DNA of 32,000 bases from an uncultured Opitutales bacterium (GCA_934660865.1 CAKUIA010000002.1:60001-92000); one strand, 5' to 3'; counted from the first letter of the stretch, positions 8,725-18,060 are shown. Notes: generated from the letters alone by a model not told the origin. Made by a program: numbers and translations.

Positions 8725-9834
8725 CTATTCCATTACAACCGCAATTTTTATGCCCTTCATCGAAACGTTGGTTTCCAATGCCTCGTTGATTTTTTCGAGC
8801 GGGAATTTGTGGCTTATAAGTTTGCCCATGGGCAGGCCAATGCCGACCGCGCGCTTTAGGAAGTTGAATGTTATCGGGTAATCCTGCGGGGTGTATACCC
8901 ACGAGCCCACCAGCGAAATTTCCTTGTTGCAGATGTCGTAGTGGTGGTTTATTGCGCACTCGCCGCCGTCCATAAAAAAGCCCACTTCGCACATGCCGCC
9001 GCCGCGCTTTACATATTTCCATGCGTTTGCAGCGGCCTTTGCAGAACCCGTGCACTGGAATACGAAATCGGCTCCCAGGCCGTTGTGCACTTTCTTTACG
9101 TCGGCCAAAAGCTCGTCGAACTTCGGGTATTTTGTAAAGTTAAACGTATGCGTAGCCCCGAATTCCTTTGCCAATTCAAGCCTTGAATCGTTGCCGTCTA
9201 CAACCGCGATGTTTTCGATACCCATTGTGCGCAACACGCTTATAACCAAAAGGCCTATCGGGCCGCAGCCCTGAACTAAAACCTTTGTTGCAAAGTTAAG
9301 CAACCCCGTTGTTTTTGCGCGCTCTACGCAGTGGACGGCAACGGTTGCAGGCTCTACCAAAATTCGCATATCAAGCGAAAGATCGCTTACGTTAAAGAAA
9401 GTGGAGTTTTTGCGGATAACCAGATATTGGCCGAAGTAGCCGTTTAGGTGCACGTCGTCGTCGGGCATAAGGCCGTAAATGCCGCAATGCTCGCAAAGGT
9501 TTGTTCTTGCGGGCGTGTTTTTGCACGCGTCGCATTCGCCGCAGGGGATAATGCAGGTAACGATTTTGTCGCCCAATTTTACGGGAAGCCCCGCGGTGTC
9601 GAACTTAACGTTTTTGCCTATTTTAACGATTTCGCCCGTGCCTTCGTGGCCGAGAACAACGGGACACAAACCGAAGGGGTCGCGCAAATATTCGTGGCCG
9701 TCGGTGCCGCAAACGCCGCAGGCTTCAACCTTAACAAGCATTTCGTCGTCGCCGACAGTTTCGGGTATGTCGAATTCCCTGAATTCGAATGTTTTTGGTG
9801 CAGTTAAAAATGCCAATTTTGCTTTCTTGCTCAT
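8725..9834 (-). CDS. Zn-dependent medium-chain alcohol/polyol dehydrogenase (sorbitol/threonine/galactitol-1-P DH family)
   Basis: GVCGTDGHEY, GHEGTGEI, structural-Zn cysteines CGECDACKN...C, and Rossmann motif VLVQGCGPIGLL. I place the start at ATG 9834 (MSKKAKLAF), preceded by GAGAGGAA, rather than the ORF-track start at 9894. Confidence 0.85.
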   Translation of the reverse strand: MSKKAKLAFLTAPKTFEFREFDIPETVGDDEMLVKVEACGVCGTDGHEYLRDPFGLCPVVLGHEGTGEIVKIGKNVKFDTAGLPVKLGDKIVTCIIPCGECDACKNTPARTNLCEHCGIYGLMPDDDVHLNGYFGQYLVIRKNSTFFNVSDLSLDMRILVEPATVAVHCVERAKTTGLLNFATKVLVQGCGPIGLLVISVLRTMGIENIAVVDGNDSRLELAKEFGATHTFNFTKYPKFDELLADVKKVHNGLGADFVFQCTGSAKAAANAWKYVKRGGGMCEVGFFMDGGECAINHHYDICNKEISLVGSWVYTPQDYPITFNFLKRAVGIGLPMGKLISHKFPLEKINEALETNVSMKGIKIAVVME

Positions 9835-9918
9835 GTATAATTCCTCTCTGTTGAAGTTGCCCAAAACGCTAGTGTTTAAGCCAATCTTTGGCAAGAAAAA
9901 AGTTTAAAAATGTTGGAC

Positions 9919-9946
9919 TTTTGGGAATATGTTGGATTTCCCAAAA
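9919..9946. promoter_or_regulatory. Perfect 9-bp inverted repeat in the leader/promoter region of the dehydrogenase operon
   Basis: TTTTGGGAA-N10-TTCCCAAAA. The same stretch also carries TGTTGGA twice (9911-9917 and 9930-9936). Lies 85-112 nt upstream of the ATG at 9834. Confidence 0.35.
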
Positions 9947-10043
9947 CTTTTTCTTCGTTTTTTCTTTATGGAACTAAAATTCGTGTTTCTTTGCTTAGGA
10001 ATTTGTGTGCAAAAAGCCCGCACAATAAACCGCATTTTGCGCG

Positions 10044-10061
10044 TTTTTTGCGCGCAAAAAA
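10044..10061. promoter_or_regulatory. 18-bp perfect palindrome TTTTTTGCGCGCAAAAAA
   Basis: Self-complementary 18-mer flanked by further TTTGCGC copies (10035-10041 and 10069-10075). Sits between the OMF terminator and the dehydrogenase operon. Function unknown. Confidence 0.25.
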
Positions 10062-10081
10062 ATTTTAATTTGCGCAAGCAC

Positions 10082-10122
10082 AAAAAAACGCCGCTTTGCG
10101 AAGTGCGAAAACGGCGTTTTTG
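10082..10122 (-). terminator. Rho-independent (bidirectional-type) terminator after the efflux operon
   Basis: AAAAACGCCG ... CGGCGTTTTT hairpin with A/T runs on both sides. Lies 26 nt downstream of the OMF stop at 10143. Confidence 0.7.
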
Positions 10123-10142
10123 TTTTGTTTAAATTGCGCAAA

Positions 10143-11555
10143 TTAAAGGCTGCCCCCGCTTGCAACAATAAGCTGGATTAGGGCCTTAAACTGGCTGCCC
10201 TTCAGGCTTATAACCTCCCTTTCGTTTACAAGCGAAAGCCTTTGCGCGTCGCTAACTTCAAAGTAGTCTACATAGCCTAGGTCGTACTGCTTTTTTGTGA
10301 GGCTTTCAACTTCCTTTGCGGCTTTCATACAGCGCTCGCGGTCGTTATACTCGTTTTCCAGGTGCTTTATGGAAGTTAAAGAATCTTCCACTTCCCTCAT
10401 TGCCTTTAGCACCGTTGCCCTATACGATTCCAAAATTTGCTTGTGCTCGTACAAAGCGGTTTTTCTTTGCGCTAAAAGCTTGCCCGCCTGGAAAAGCGGC
10501 AGATAAATTCTCGGGCCTACGCCCCAGGCTAGGCTGCTGGCGTCGAAAAGTTTGTCGATGTCGGCCGCGGCGTAGTCGGCCGAAGCGCTTATGGTAACCG
10601 TCGGGAAAAACGCGGCGTTGGCAGCGCCAATTCTTTCGTTGGCCGCATACACAAGCCTTTCGGCCGACGCGATGTCGTAGCGGCGTTGCAGAACCTGGCT
10701 TGGAACGCACTTGGGAGCCTTCGGCAGCGAGTCCGACAACACCGTGTCGCTTATATTTATTTGCGAGCGCGTTTTGCCCAAAAGCAGGGCAATGTAGTCT
10801 TTCGTTAAGTCGGCCGACTTTAATATCGCGCTATACTGCGCTTTGGCCTCGTATAGCTGCTGTTCTGCGCGGCGCAAATCAACCAAAATGGAAGTGCCCG
10901 ACTTAAACCTTTCGTTTACAAGCTTAACCTGCTCTAGACGGACGTCTATTGTTTCCTTAAGCAAAATCTTTTCGGAATTGTATTGCTTTAGCGAAAAATA
11001 CGCTGTCGCCAACTCCGACTGCAGCTTAAGCATTGTGTCTTTGTAGGCGGCCAATAGCGACTGCGCCTTTGCGGCGTCGGAATTCATCAAATTGCGAACC
11101 CTGCCGAAAAAGTCCGGATCCCAAGTAAGGCTGGCTCCTATAAGCCACTTGTTGTATGTCGCGCCGCTAGAGCCGAACGTGTTGTCGGAAAGCCCCGTTC
11201 TGGAATATTCGGCGTCGCCGTTAAGCCATGGATACAATTCCGCCTCCGTCATTGCGGCGGCCGCCCTTGCCTGTTCTACGGTGTAAAACGCCGATTTCAA
11301 ATCGGGGTTGTGGGCGGCAAGTTCCTCCATATAATTCGAAAGAACCGCGTCGTTGAATATGCTCCACCAATTACCCTTGTTTTCGGTATCGGCGGGTTTG
11401 GCCGAAGTCCACAAATTTGGGGCGTGGTAAAAGTTTTCGCCAACAGCCTTTTCAAGCTCGGCGTCTTTTTTGGGGTCCTGATAGTCGGGAGCCATGCTGC
11501 ATGCGCAAAGCAGCGCAAGCGGCAGCAAAGATATGCTATTTTTAAATATTTTCAT
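10143..11555 (-). CDS. RND efflux outer membrane factor lipoprotein (NodT/TolC family)
   Basis: Lipobox LALLCAC followed by APDYQDP, typical of NodT-family OMFs. Long coiled-coil-type repeats. Last gene of the MFP-RND-OMF series. Confidence 0.85.
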   Translation of the reverse strand: MKIFKNSISLLPLALLCACSMAPDYQDPKKDAELEKAVGENFYHAPNLWTSAKPADTENKGNWWSIFNDAVLSNYMEELAAHNPDLKSAFYTVEQARAAAAMTEAELYPWLNGDAEYSRTGLSDNTFGSSGATYNKWLIGASLTWDPDFFGRVRNLMNSDAAKAQSLLAAYKDTMLKLQSELATAYFSLKQYNSEKILLKETIDVRLEQVKLVNERFKSGTSILVDLRRAEQQLYEAKAQYSAILKSADLTKDYIALLLGKTRSQINISDTVLSDSLPKAPKCVPSQVLQRRYDIASAERLVYAANERIGAANAAFFPTVTISASADYAAADIDKLFDASSLAWGVGPRIYLPLFQAGKLLAQRKTALYEHKQILESYRATVLKAMREVEDSLTSIKHLENEYNDRERCMKAAKEVESLTKKQYDLGYVDYFEVSDAQRLSLVNEREVISLKGSQFKALIQLIVASGGSL

Positions 11556-11571
11556 ATATACTTTTATTCCT

Positions 11572-14500
11572 CTACTGAATAGCTTTTACTTTTTTTGTAG
11601 TCAAACGCTTTATTACGTAAAATGCAACGGGGGTAATGATAAGGCCGAACAATGTAACGCCCATCATTCCGTACATTACGCTTGTGCCCAATGCCTGACG
11701 CAATTCCGCGCCCGAACCCGTGGCATACGCCAGGGGAACAACGCCGAATATGAACGCGAACGAAGTCATCAAAATGGGCCTTAGCCTGTTTTGCGAGGCG
11801 TGGCTTACCGAGCTTACAAGCTCTTCGCCCTTTTCGACGCGCTGTTTTGCAAATTCCACAATCAAAATCGCGTTTTTGCACGCCAAGCCTATCAGAACAA
11901 CAAAGCCTATCTGCGTCATTATGTTGTTGTCCATACCCCTAAACCTTACGCCCAATATTGCGAAAAGCAGCACAAGGGGAACAACCATTACAACCGCAAG
12001 AGGCAGTGTCCAGCTTTCGTACAAGGCGGCAAGCAAAAGGAACACAAACACAACGCAAAGCGTAAATATCAATATTGCGGTGTTGCCCACCCTCTTTTCC
12101 TGGAATGCCAAGTCGGTCCAGTCTATGCCCATGTCTTTGGGCAGAACTTCGTCGGCAAGCTTTTCGATTGCCGCAATGGCCTGGCCCGTACTATAGCCCG
12201 GGTTTACATTGCCCTGCGCTTCGGCCGAAGAGTATAGATTATACCTTACGGTTCTGTCGGGGCCTATAATTCTGCGAATGTCGGCAACCGAGCCCAATGG
12301 CACGTTTTCGCCCAGCGAATTGGGGACTTTTAGGTTGTATATGTCGGAAATGTCGTGGCGGCTGGAGCCTTCGGCCTGGGCGACAACCCTGTATACACGG
12401 CCCAAAATATTAAAGTCGTTAACGTAAACCGAGCCCAAGTTATATTGCATTGTGCTAAATATGGAGCTTATGGGAACGTTAAGCTTTTGCGCGCGCTGGC
12501 GGTCTATGTCGGCGTAAAGCTGCGGGGTGGTTACCCTGTAGCCCGAAAACGCAAACGCAACCTCGGGCAGCTGGTTTACTTTTTCCAACATTTTGCCGGT
12601 ATATTCCGCAATTTGCGAAACGCCCAAACCGCCCTTGTCTTGAACGTAAAACTTGTAGTCGCCGCCTACACCGATACCGTTTACAGCGGGAGGCGTTAAT
12701 ACGTAAACGGAAGCCTCCTTTATTTGCGTTCCCAATATCCTGTTCATATTAGCCACAATGGAATCGGCGGTAAAGCCCTGCTTTACCCTTTCTTTGTGGT
12801 CGCTTAATGTAATGAAAACCGCACCGCCGTTAGAGCCTTTGCTTTGCGTTGCCGCGTTAAAGCCCGTAATGCCGACGGTGTGTTTTACGCCGCCTTCCTT
12901 TTGCATAAGGGCAACGGCCTTTTTAACGACTTCGTCGGTTCTGTAAAACGAAGCTCCGTCGGGCAGCTGCAGCGTTGCAAACAAATAGCCCTGGTCCTGC
13001 TTGGGAATAAAGCCTTTAGGGGTGTTTATAAAGCACCAAACGGTTGCGTATATCAAACCCGCATAAAGCAGCACAACCAAAGGCGAGCATTTTGTAAGCA
13101 GCACAACAAACTTGCCGTATTTTGCGGCAACCCAGTTAAAGCAAATGTTGAAAATGCCGAAGGCCTTGCCCAAAGTGGTATCCCAAATTCGGGTAAAGAG
13201 GTCTTTCTTTGCGCCTTCGTCTTTAAGCAAAACCGCGCACAACGCGGGCGTAAGCGTAAGCGAAACTATGCCCGAAAACACGGTGGAAGCGGCAATGGTA
13301 AGCGCAAACTGCTTGTAGAACGCGCCCGAAATGCCTTCTATGAACGCCGTGGGAATGAACACGCTGCTTAGCACCAACATAATGGCTATAAGGGCGCCCT
13401 GCACCTGCGTCATCGCCTTTTTGGTAGCCTCTTTTACAGACAAGCCCTCCTTTCGGTTTCGCTCTACGTTTTCCACAACAACAATCGCGTCGTCTACAAC
13501 AATGCCGATTGCCAACACCAACCCGAACAGCGAAAGGTTGTTGATTGAAAACCCGAACAAATCCATAACAAAGAATGTTCCGACAAGCGATACGGGAATT
13601 GCAAAAAGCGGGATAATCGCCGCCCTCCAGTCTTGCAGGAACACCATAATTACAACAACAACAAGCAAAATCGCGTCGATAATAGTCGAATATACGCCGT
13701 CGATAGACTCCTGTATATAGTCGGTGGTATCTACGCCGACATCGTAGGCAACGCCCGAGGGAAAGAGTTTCGACAGTCTTTCGAGCTCGGCCCTAACCCT
13801 TTTTGCGGTGTCTATTGCGTTTGCGCCAGGCAGCTGGTAAAAGCCCAGGGCCACGCTTTCCCTGCCGTCGTAGTACGACTCGTCGTTGTACAAATACGAG
13901 CCCAACTCTATTCTGGCAACGTCTTTTAGCCTTACAATTTCGCCGTTGGGAGTATATTTTACGATGATTTCGCCGAATTCCTCTTCGGAAGCCAAACGCC
14001 CCTGCGCGTTTATGATAAGCTCGTAGGCGGCGCCCTCGTTGTTGGGGGGCTGGTTTAGCTTGCCGGCCGCAACCTGGCTGTTTTGCTCTTTAAGCGCGTT
14101 TATAACCTGCATTGGCGACAAGTTTAGGTAGGCGAGCCTGTCGGGGTTTAGCCAAACGCGCATTGAATATTCCTTTGCGCCGAAAACCTGAATTTCGCTT
14201 ACGCCGTGCACGCGGGCAAGCTGGTCTTTCATCTGGGTAATGGCGTAGTTTGTCAAATACAGCTTGTCGCGCGAGGCGTCGGGCGAAAACAGATTTGCAA
14301 TAAGCAGCATATCGGGCGACTGCTTTTTAACGTTTACGCCAATGCTTTGAACTTCGGCGGGCAAACGCGGCTTTGCAATGTCGACCCTGTTTTGCACCAA
14401 AATCTGCGCCATATCGATGTCGGTGCCCGTTTCGAATGTTACGGAAATGCGCATCGAGCCGTCGGCCGAGCACTGGCTTTGCATGTAAAGCATATTTTCA

Positions 14501-14721
14501 ACGCCGTTGATTTCCTGCTCGATGGGGGCGGCCACCGTGTTCATTATAACTTCGGGCGACGCTCCCAAATATGTGGTGGAAACCGTAATTGTGGGGGGCA
14601 CAATTTCGGGATACTGCGAAACGGGCAGCCTTAGGTAGCTAACCGCGCCTATAATCATAATCACAATGGAAATGACGCTCGCAAAAATGGGGCGGTCTAT
14701 AAAAAAGTGTGAAAATTTCAT
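11572..14721 (-). CDS. RND (HAE1, AcrB-like) efflux permease
   Basis: 1049 aa. MKFSHFFIDRPIFA N-terminus, 12-TM architecture with two large periplasmic loops, and VVDDAIVVVENVER motif. Confidence 0.95.
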   Translation of the reverse strand: MKFSHFFIDRPIFASVISIVIMIIGAVSYLRLPVSQYPEIVPPTITVSTTYLGASPEVIMNTVAAPIEQEINGVENMLYMQSQCSADGSMRISVTFETGTDIDMAQILVQNRVDIAKPRLPAEVQSIGVNVKKQSPDMLLIANLFSPDASRDKLYLTNYAITQMKDQLARVHGVSEIQVFGAKEYSMRVWLNPDRLAYLNLSPMQVINALKEQNSQVAAGKLNQPPNNEGAAYELIINAQGRLASEEEFGEIIVKYTPNGEIVRLKDVARIELGSYLYNDESYYDGRESVALGFYQLPGANAIDTAKRVRAELERLSKLFPSGVAYDVGVDTTDYIQESIDGVYSTIIDAILLVVVVIMVFLQDWRAAIIPLFAIPVSLVGTFFVMDLFGFSINNLSLFGLVLAIGIVVDDAIVVVENVERNRKEGLSVKEATKKAMTQVQGALIAIMLVLSSVFIPTAFIEGISGAFYKQFALTIAASTVFSGIVSLTLTPALCAVLLKDEGAKKDLFTRIWDTTLGKAFGIFNICFNWVAAKYGKFVVLLTKCSPLVVLLYAGLIYATVWCFINTPKGFIPKQDQGYLFATLQLPDGASFYRTDEVVKKAVALMQKEGGVKHTVGITGFNAATQSKGSNGGAVFITLSDHKERVKQGFTADSIVANMNRILGTQIKEASVYVLTPPAVNGIGVGGDYKFYVQDKGGLGVSQIAEYTGKMLEKVNQLPEVAFAFSGYRVTTPQLYADIDRQRAQKLNVPISSIFSTMQYNLGSVYVNDFNILGRVYRVVAQAEGSSRHDISDIYNLKVPNSLGENVPLGSVADIRRIIGPDRTVRYNLYSSAEAQGNVNPGYSTGQAIAAIEKLADEVLPKDMGIDWTDLAFQEKRVGNTAILIFTLCVVFVFLLLAALYESWTLPLAVVMVVPLVLLFAILGVRFRGMDNNIMTQIGFVVLIGLACKNAILIVEFAKQRVEKGEELVSSVSHASQNRLRPILMTSFAFIFGVVPLAYATGSGAELRQALGTSVMYGMMGVTLFGLIITPVAFYVIKRLTTKKVKAIQ

Positions 14722-14752
14722 TTTGCAAAAAATTTTTTGTTTTAAGACAAAG

Positions 14753-15874
14753 CTATTTAAGCTCCACCAACTTCGGGCTTACAACCGTGTTGGGGGCAGC
14801 CCTTTGTATGCCGTTTACCACGACTTTTTCGGTGCCGTTAAGCCCGCTTCGTATAATGCGCTGGCCGTTTAAAAGCTCGCCAACGTTTACGGGAGTGTAG
14901 CGCGCAATGTTCTTTTCGTCTACGGTCATAACGTAGCGGCCGACCAAGTCGGTGCCTACGGCCTCTTCGGGAACAAGCAGGCTTTGCGAGTTTTTGTTGT
15001 AAAGCATTGCGGCCTTTGCGTACATGCCCGGCATAAGCTTTTTGTCGGCGTTGTTTATGTCGGCGCGCAATTCCAAATTAAGGGTGTTTAACGAGTTGCC
15101 TACATAGCTTAAAACGCCCTTGTGCCCGAAATCCTTTTCGCCCATAAGCTTTATCTTTACGGGTATTTTTTCGCTCTCCATATTGTTGAAGGTGCCCTCG
15201 TTTAGGTATTTAATGGCGTCCCTTTCGCTGGCTTCGAAATACACATAAACGGTATCCCTTGAAATAACCTTCGCCAACAGGGTGCTGGAAGCGCTTATAA
15301 GGTTGCCCTCGTCTACGTATCTGCGGCTTACATAGCCCGAAACGGGCGAAACTATTGTTGTAAACTCCAAATCTAGCTCGGCCTTTACCAGGTTTGCCTT
15401 TGCAAGCGACAAATTCGCCTTCGACATAAGCAAGTCGGCATTTCGCGTGTCGAGCACTTCCTTCGAAATTGCGTTCGACTTAAACAATTCGGCCGCCCTT
15501 GCGTAGTTGCCTTCGGCCAAAACAACGCGGCTTTCGGCCTCCTGCACCGACGCCTTTGCCGCGGCAACAACCGCCTTAAAGGGTCTTGCGTCTATAAGGA
15601 AAAGCGTTTGGCCTTTTTTTACGTATTCGCCATCTTTAAAGCATTTCTTTTCTAGATAGCCGCTTACGCGCGCGCGTATTTCGACGCTCTGCTCGCCGTC
15701 TATGCGCGCGGTGTATTCGTCCCACAGCTCTACGGATTTTTTTATGGGCAAAGCCACGTCTACCTCGGGGGCGGGTCTTTGCATTGCCGCATTGTTCTGC
15801 TTGTTGCAGCCCGAAAAAAGGAGGGCCGAAACAGCTGTTATAGAAAACGCCAATATGTATTTTCTTATATTCAT
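14753..15874 (-). CDS. RND periplasmic adaptor (membrane fusion protein) lipoprotein
   Basis: Lipobox LLFSGC. Typical MFP pattern of biotinyl-lipoyl-like region, coiled-coil hairpin and beta-barrel. Positioned upstream of the RND pump. Confidence 0.9.
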   Translation of the reverse strand: MNIRKYILAFSITAVSALLFSGCNKQNNAAMQRPAPEVDVALPIKKSVELWDEYTARIDGEQSVEIRARVSGYLEKKCFKDGEYVKKGQTLFLIDARPFKAVVAAAKASVQEAESRVVLAEGNYARAAELFKSNAISKEVLDTRNADLLMSKANLSLAKANLVKAELDLEFTTIVSPVSGYVSRRYVDEGNLISASSTLLAKVISRDTVYVYFEASERDAIKYLNEGTFNNMESEKIPVKIKLMGEKDFGHKGVLSYVGNSLNTLNLELRADINNADKKLMPGMYAKAAMLYNKNSQSLLVPEEAVGTDLVGRYVMTVDEKNIARYTPVNVGELLNGQRIIRSGLNGTEKVVVNGIQRAAPNTVVSPKLVELK

Positions 15875-16549
15875 TTATTTTTGTCCTATAAAATTGTCTA
15901 TTGTTTTGTCTACTATGTCGGAAAAGTCGGCGCAAGTGCCGTCGTCGAAAGCCTTTTTGTTTGCCAGCTTTAAATAGCCCGTTTTGCACAAAAGCTGCGA
16001 AACGTTTAGCGACAAAAGCGAAATTGCAAACGCCAACGCCTTTTCGCGCGATATTTCGGGGTTGTCGGCTCTAATTAGGGCGACAATGGTTTCGTTTAGG
16101 GGCTTGAAAACGCCGTCGAACAAAATCGGGAAGGCGTCGGTCGGGTAGCTTTCTTCGCGCCGTATAAGCAGCTGGAAGCTTTCGGAGCCTTCCAACACCA
16201 TTGTTTCGCGCCCCTTTGCAAGCAAAGCCTTTATGTATTCGCCCGATTTTTTACGGTCGCTTTTGCCGCTTTTAAGATATGCGTCTATTTCGGATAAAAG
16301 TTCGCCATAGTTTTCGTTAAAAAACCTTACAGCCCTGCGCAAAATTTCCACATACATTTCGTGCTTGCCGCCAAAATAGTAGTTTATGCAGGCGTGGTTT
16401 ACGCCGGCTTTTTTGGCAATCTCGCGGGTCGAAACCCCGTGAATGCTGTGCAGGGCAAACTCGTGCAGCGCGCACGACAGGATTTTGTCGACAGTTTCGT
16501 TGTCGCCAACAACCTTGCGGCGCGAATTTACCTTTTCCGATTTAACCAT
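15875..16549 (-). CDS. TetR-family transcriptional regulator
   Basis: N-terminal HTH STREIAKKAGVNHACINYYFGGKHEMY. Its stop codon (15875-15877) directly abuts the MFP ATG (15872-15874). Confidence 0.85.
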   Translation of the reverse strand: MVKSEKVNSRRKVVGDNETVDKILSCALHEFALHSIHGVSTREIAKKAGVNHACINYYFGGKHEMYVEILRRAVRFFNENYGELLSEIDAYLKSGKSDRKKSGEYIKALLAKGRETMVLEGSESFQLLIRREESYPTDAFPILFDGVFKPLNETIVALIRADNPEISREKALAFAISLLSLNVSQLLCKTGYLKLANKKAFDDGTCADFSDIVDKTIDNFIGQK

Positions 16550-16615
16550 TTGGTTTAAACTCTTGGTGAATTTATTTTTTTGTCAAGCGAATTTGCAAAA
16601 AAATCCGAATTTTGC

Positions 16616-16648
16616 GCACAAAAAATCCGCCAAATATCTTGGCGGATT
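16616..16648 (-). terminator. Rho-independent terminator after the GH28-like gene
   Basis: AATCCGCC / GGCGGATT stem with loop AAATATCTT, followed on the minus strand by a T-run. Lies 31 nt downstream of the stop at 16679. Confidence 0.7.
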
Positions 16649-16678
16649 CTTTCTTTTAGCCCAAACAACGGCTTTTGG

Positions 16679-18016
16679 CTATTTAAGATTTTTTACAACT
16701 TTGCCGTTTATAGTAAAGTTTTTCAGCTCCTTAATAGACGAATTTTCCAGGCCTACCGCGGGGCGTTTGTCGGGGCTTTTGCAGCTTATTGCAAAGTTTT
16801 CGAACTTTAAATCTTTTGCATTTTTTGCAAAGAAACCCCAATAGGGCAAAATGTTTATTTCCGTAAGGGGAGCCTTTTTAGTAGACGCTTTTACGGCATA
16901 GTCGGGGGCGTCGCCCACATATTCTACCGAAACATTTTTAAAGGCCACGTCTTTTATCGAAGTGCTTTTGCGCCATGTTGCAACCGAAAGCGGAATGTAT
17001 CTGCAATTTGTAGCCTTTATGTTTTCGAAAAGCACGCCGTCTACTTCTACGTCGAAATTTGCAAGTATGTACAAAGGACAGCCTACGTTGTCGATTTCAA
17101 CGTCTTTTATCTTTACGTTTTTAACTTCGCCCGGCGAATAGCCCCACGCCCCGGGCTGAATGGAAAGCCCGCAAAGCATATTTTTGCGCCCGTTTTTGTT
17201 GAATTTATACGAAGTTCTGTGCGCGTATTCGCCGGGGCCTTTAAGCTGCAAATTTTCCATTAAAACATTCTTTACGGGGTGTATAAACCTTACTCCGTTG
17301 CACGCCGAATTTAGATAGCAATTCCTTACAATGGCCTTGTCCCAATAGCCGCCTGCAAGGGCGTCGTCGCCCGAGCGCACTTGGCAGTTTTCAACCAAAA
17401 GGTTTTTGCATACCCTAATGTGTATGCCGTCCCAGCCTTCCCTTACGTCGATATTTCTTACAACAACGTTTTCGGTTGCAACCATAACCAACGCATAGTT
17501 CGAAGCCCTCTTAATTTTTATGTCCTTAACGGTAATGTTTTCGCATTCTACAAGGAAAACCGCGTGCGGACCCCTCATTTGCTCTTCGCCCGTCGGGTCT
17601 TCAACATGGCCGCCGTCTATAGTGCCTTCTCCGCAAATCTCTATATTCTTTGCGTACGAGGCAAAAACAAGGCCCCTTGTCCATTTGCCGGCTCTGACAA
17701 GAGCTTTGCCTGTGGAATCGTCGTGGCAAACGTAGTCGTTCAAATTTGTTGTCCCCTTTAGTACGGCGTCTTTTTCTATCTTAAGCGAAACGTTGTCCTT
17801 TAAAACAACGCTGCCCGTGGTGTATTCGCCGCCTTTTACCAGAACGGTTCCACCGCCGTCTTTGCTGCATTTTTCTATTGCGGCGTTTATCTGTTTTGTG
17901 TTGCAAAAACCGCTTTCGGGCTTTGCGCCAAAATCTCTAATATCGTACACGCCGCCGCCGAACGCGCACTGAAAAATTAAACATACAAACGTTGTAAAAA
18001 ATATTCCTCTTGTCAT
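16679..18016 (-). CDS. Secreted right-handed beta-helix glycoside hydrolase, GH28-like (pectate_lyase_3-type N-terminus)
   Basis: Signal peptide, then YDIRDFGAKPESG...NTKQINAAIEKCSKDGGGTVLVKGGEYTTGSVVLKDNVSLKI. Later WDGIHI, RSGDDALA and NGVRF motifs, analogous to GH28 catalytic strands. Confidence 0.7.
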   Translation of the reverse strand: MTRGIFFTTFVCLIFQCAFGGGVYDIRDFGAKPESGFCNTKQINAAIEKCSKDGGGTVLVKGGEYTTGSVVLKDNVSLKIEKDAVLKGTTNLNDYVCHDDSTGKALVRAGKWTRGLVFASYAKNIEICGEGTIDGGHVEDPTGEEQMRGPHAVFLVECENITVKDIKIKRASNYALVMVATENVVVRNIDVREGWDGIHIRVCKNLLVENCQVRSGDDALAGGYWDKAIVRNCYLNSACNGVRFIHPVKNVLMENLQLKGPGEYAHRTSYKFNKNGRKNMLCGLSIQPGAWGYSPGEVKNVKIKDVEIDNVGCPLYILANFDVEVDGVLFENIKATNCRYIPLSVATWRKSTSIKDVAFKNVSVEYVGDAPDYAVKASTKKAPLTEINILPYWGFFAKNAKDLKFENFAISCKSPDKRPAVGLENSSIKELKNFTINGKVVKNLK

Positions 18017-18060
18017 AAGTAAATATTCTTATTTTATAGAAAAATCTTTTCAAGAAATAA

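Noticed and set aside
9835-9894. 20-codon N-terminal extension of the dehydrogenase ORF (MPKIGLNTSVLGNFNREELY).
   Set aside because: The internal ATG at 9834 is preceded by GAGAGGAA. It also gives the normal MDR-family N-terminus length, whereas the extension has no RBS.
9929-10132. 67-aa ORF in the gap between the sugar operon and the efflux operon.
   Set aside because: It runs through the palindromes and the terminator hairpin. It is Phe/Arg/Lys-rich and low complexity, with no RBS. The region is better explained as regulatory and terminator DNA.
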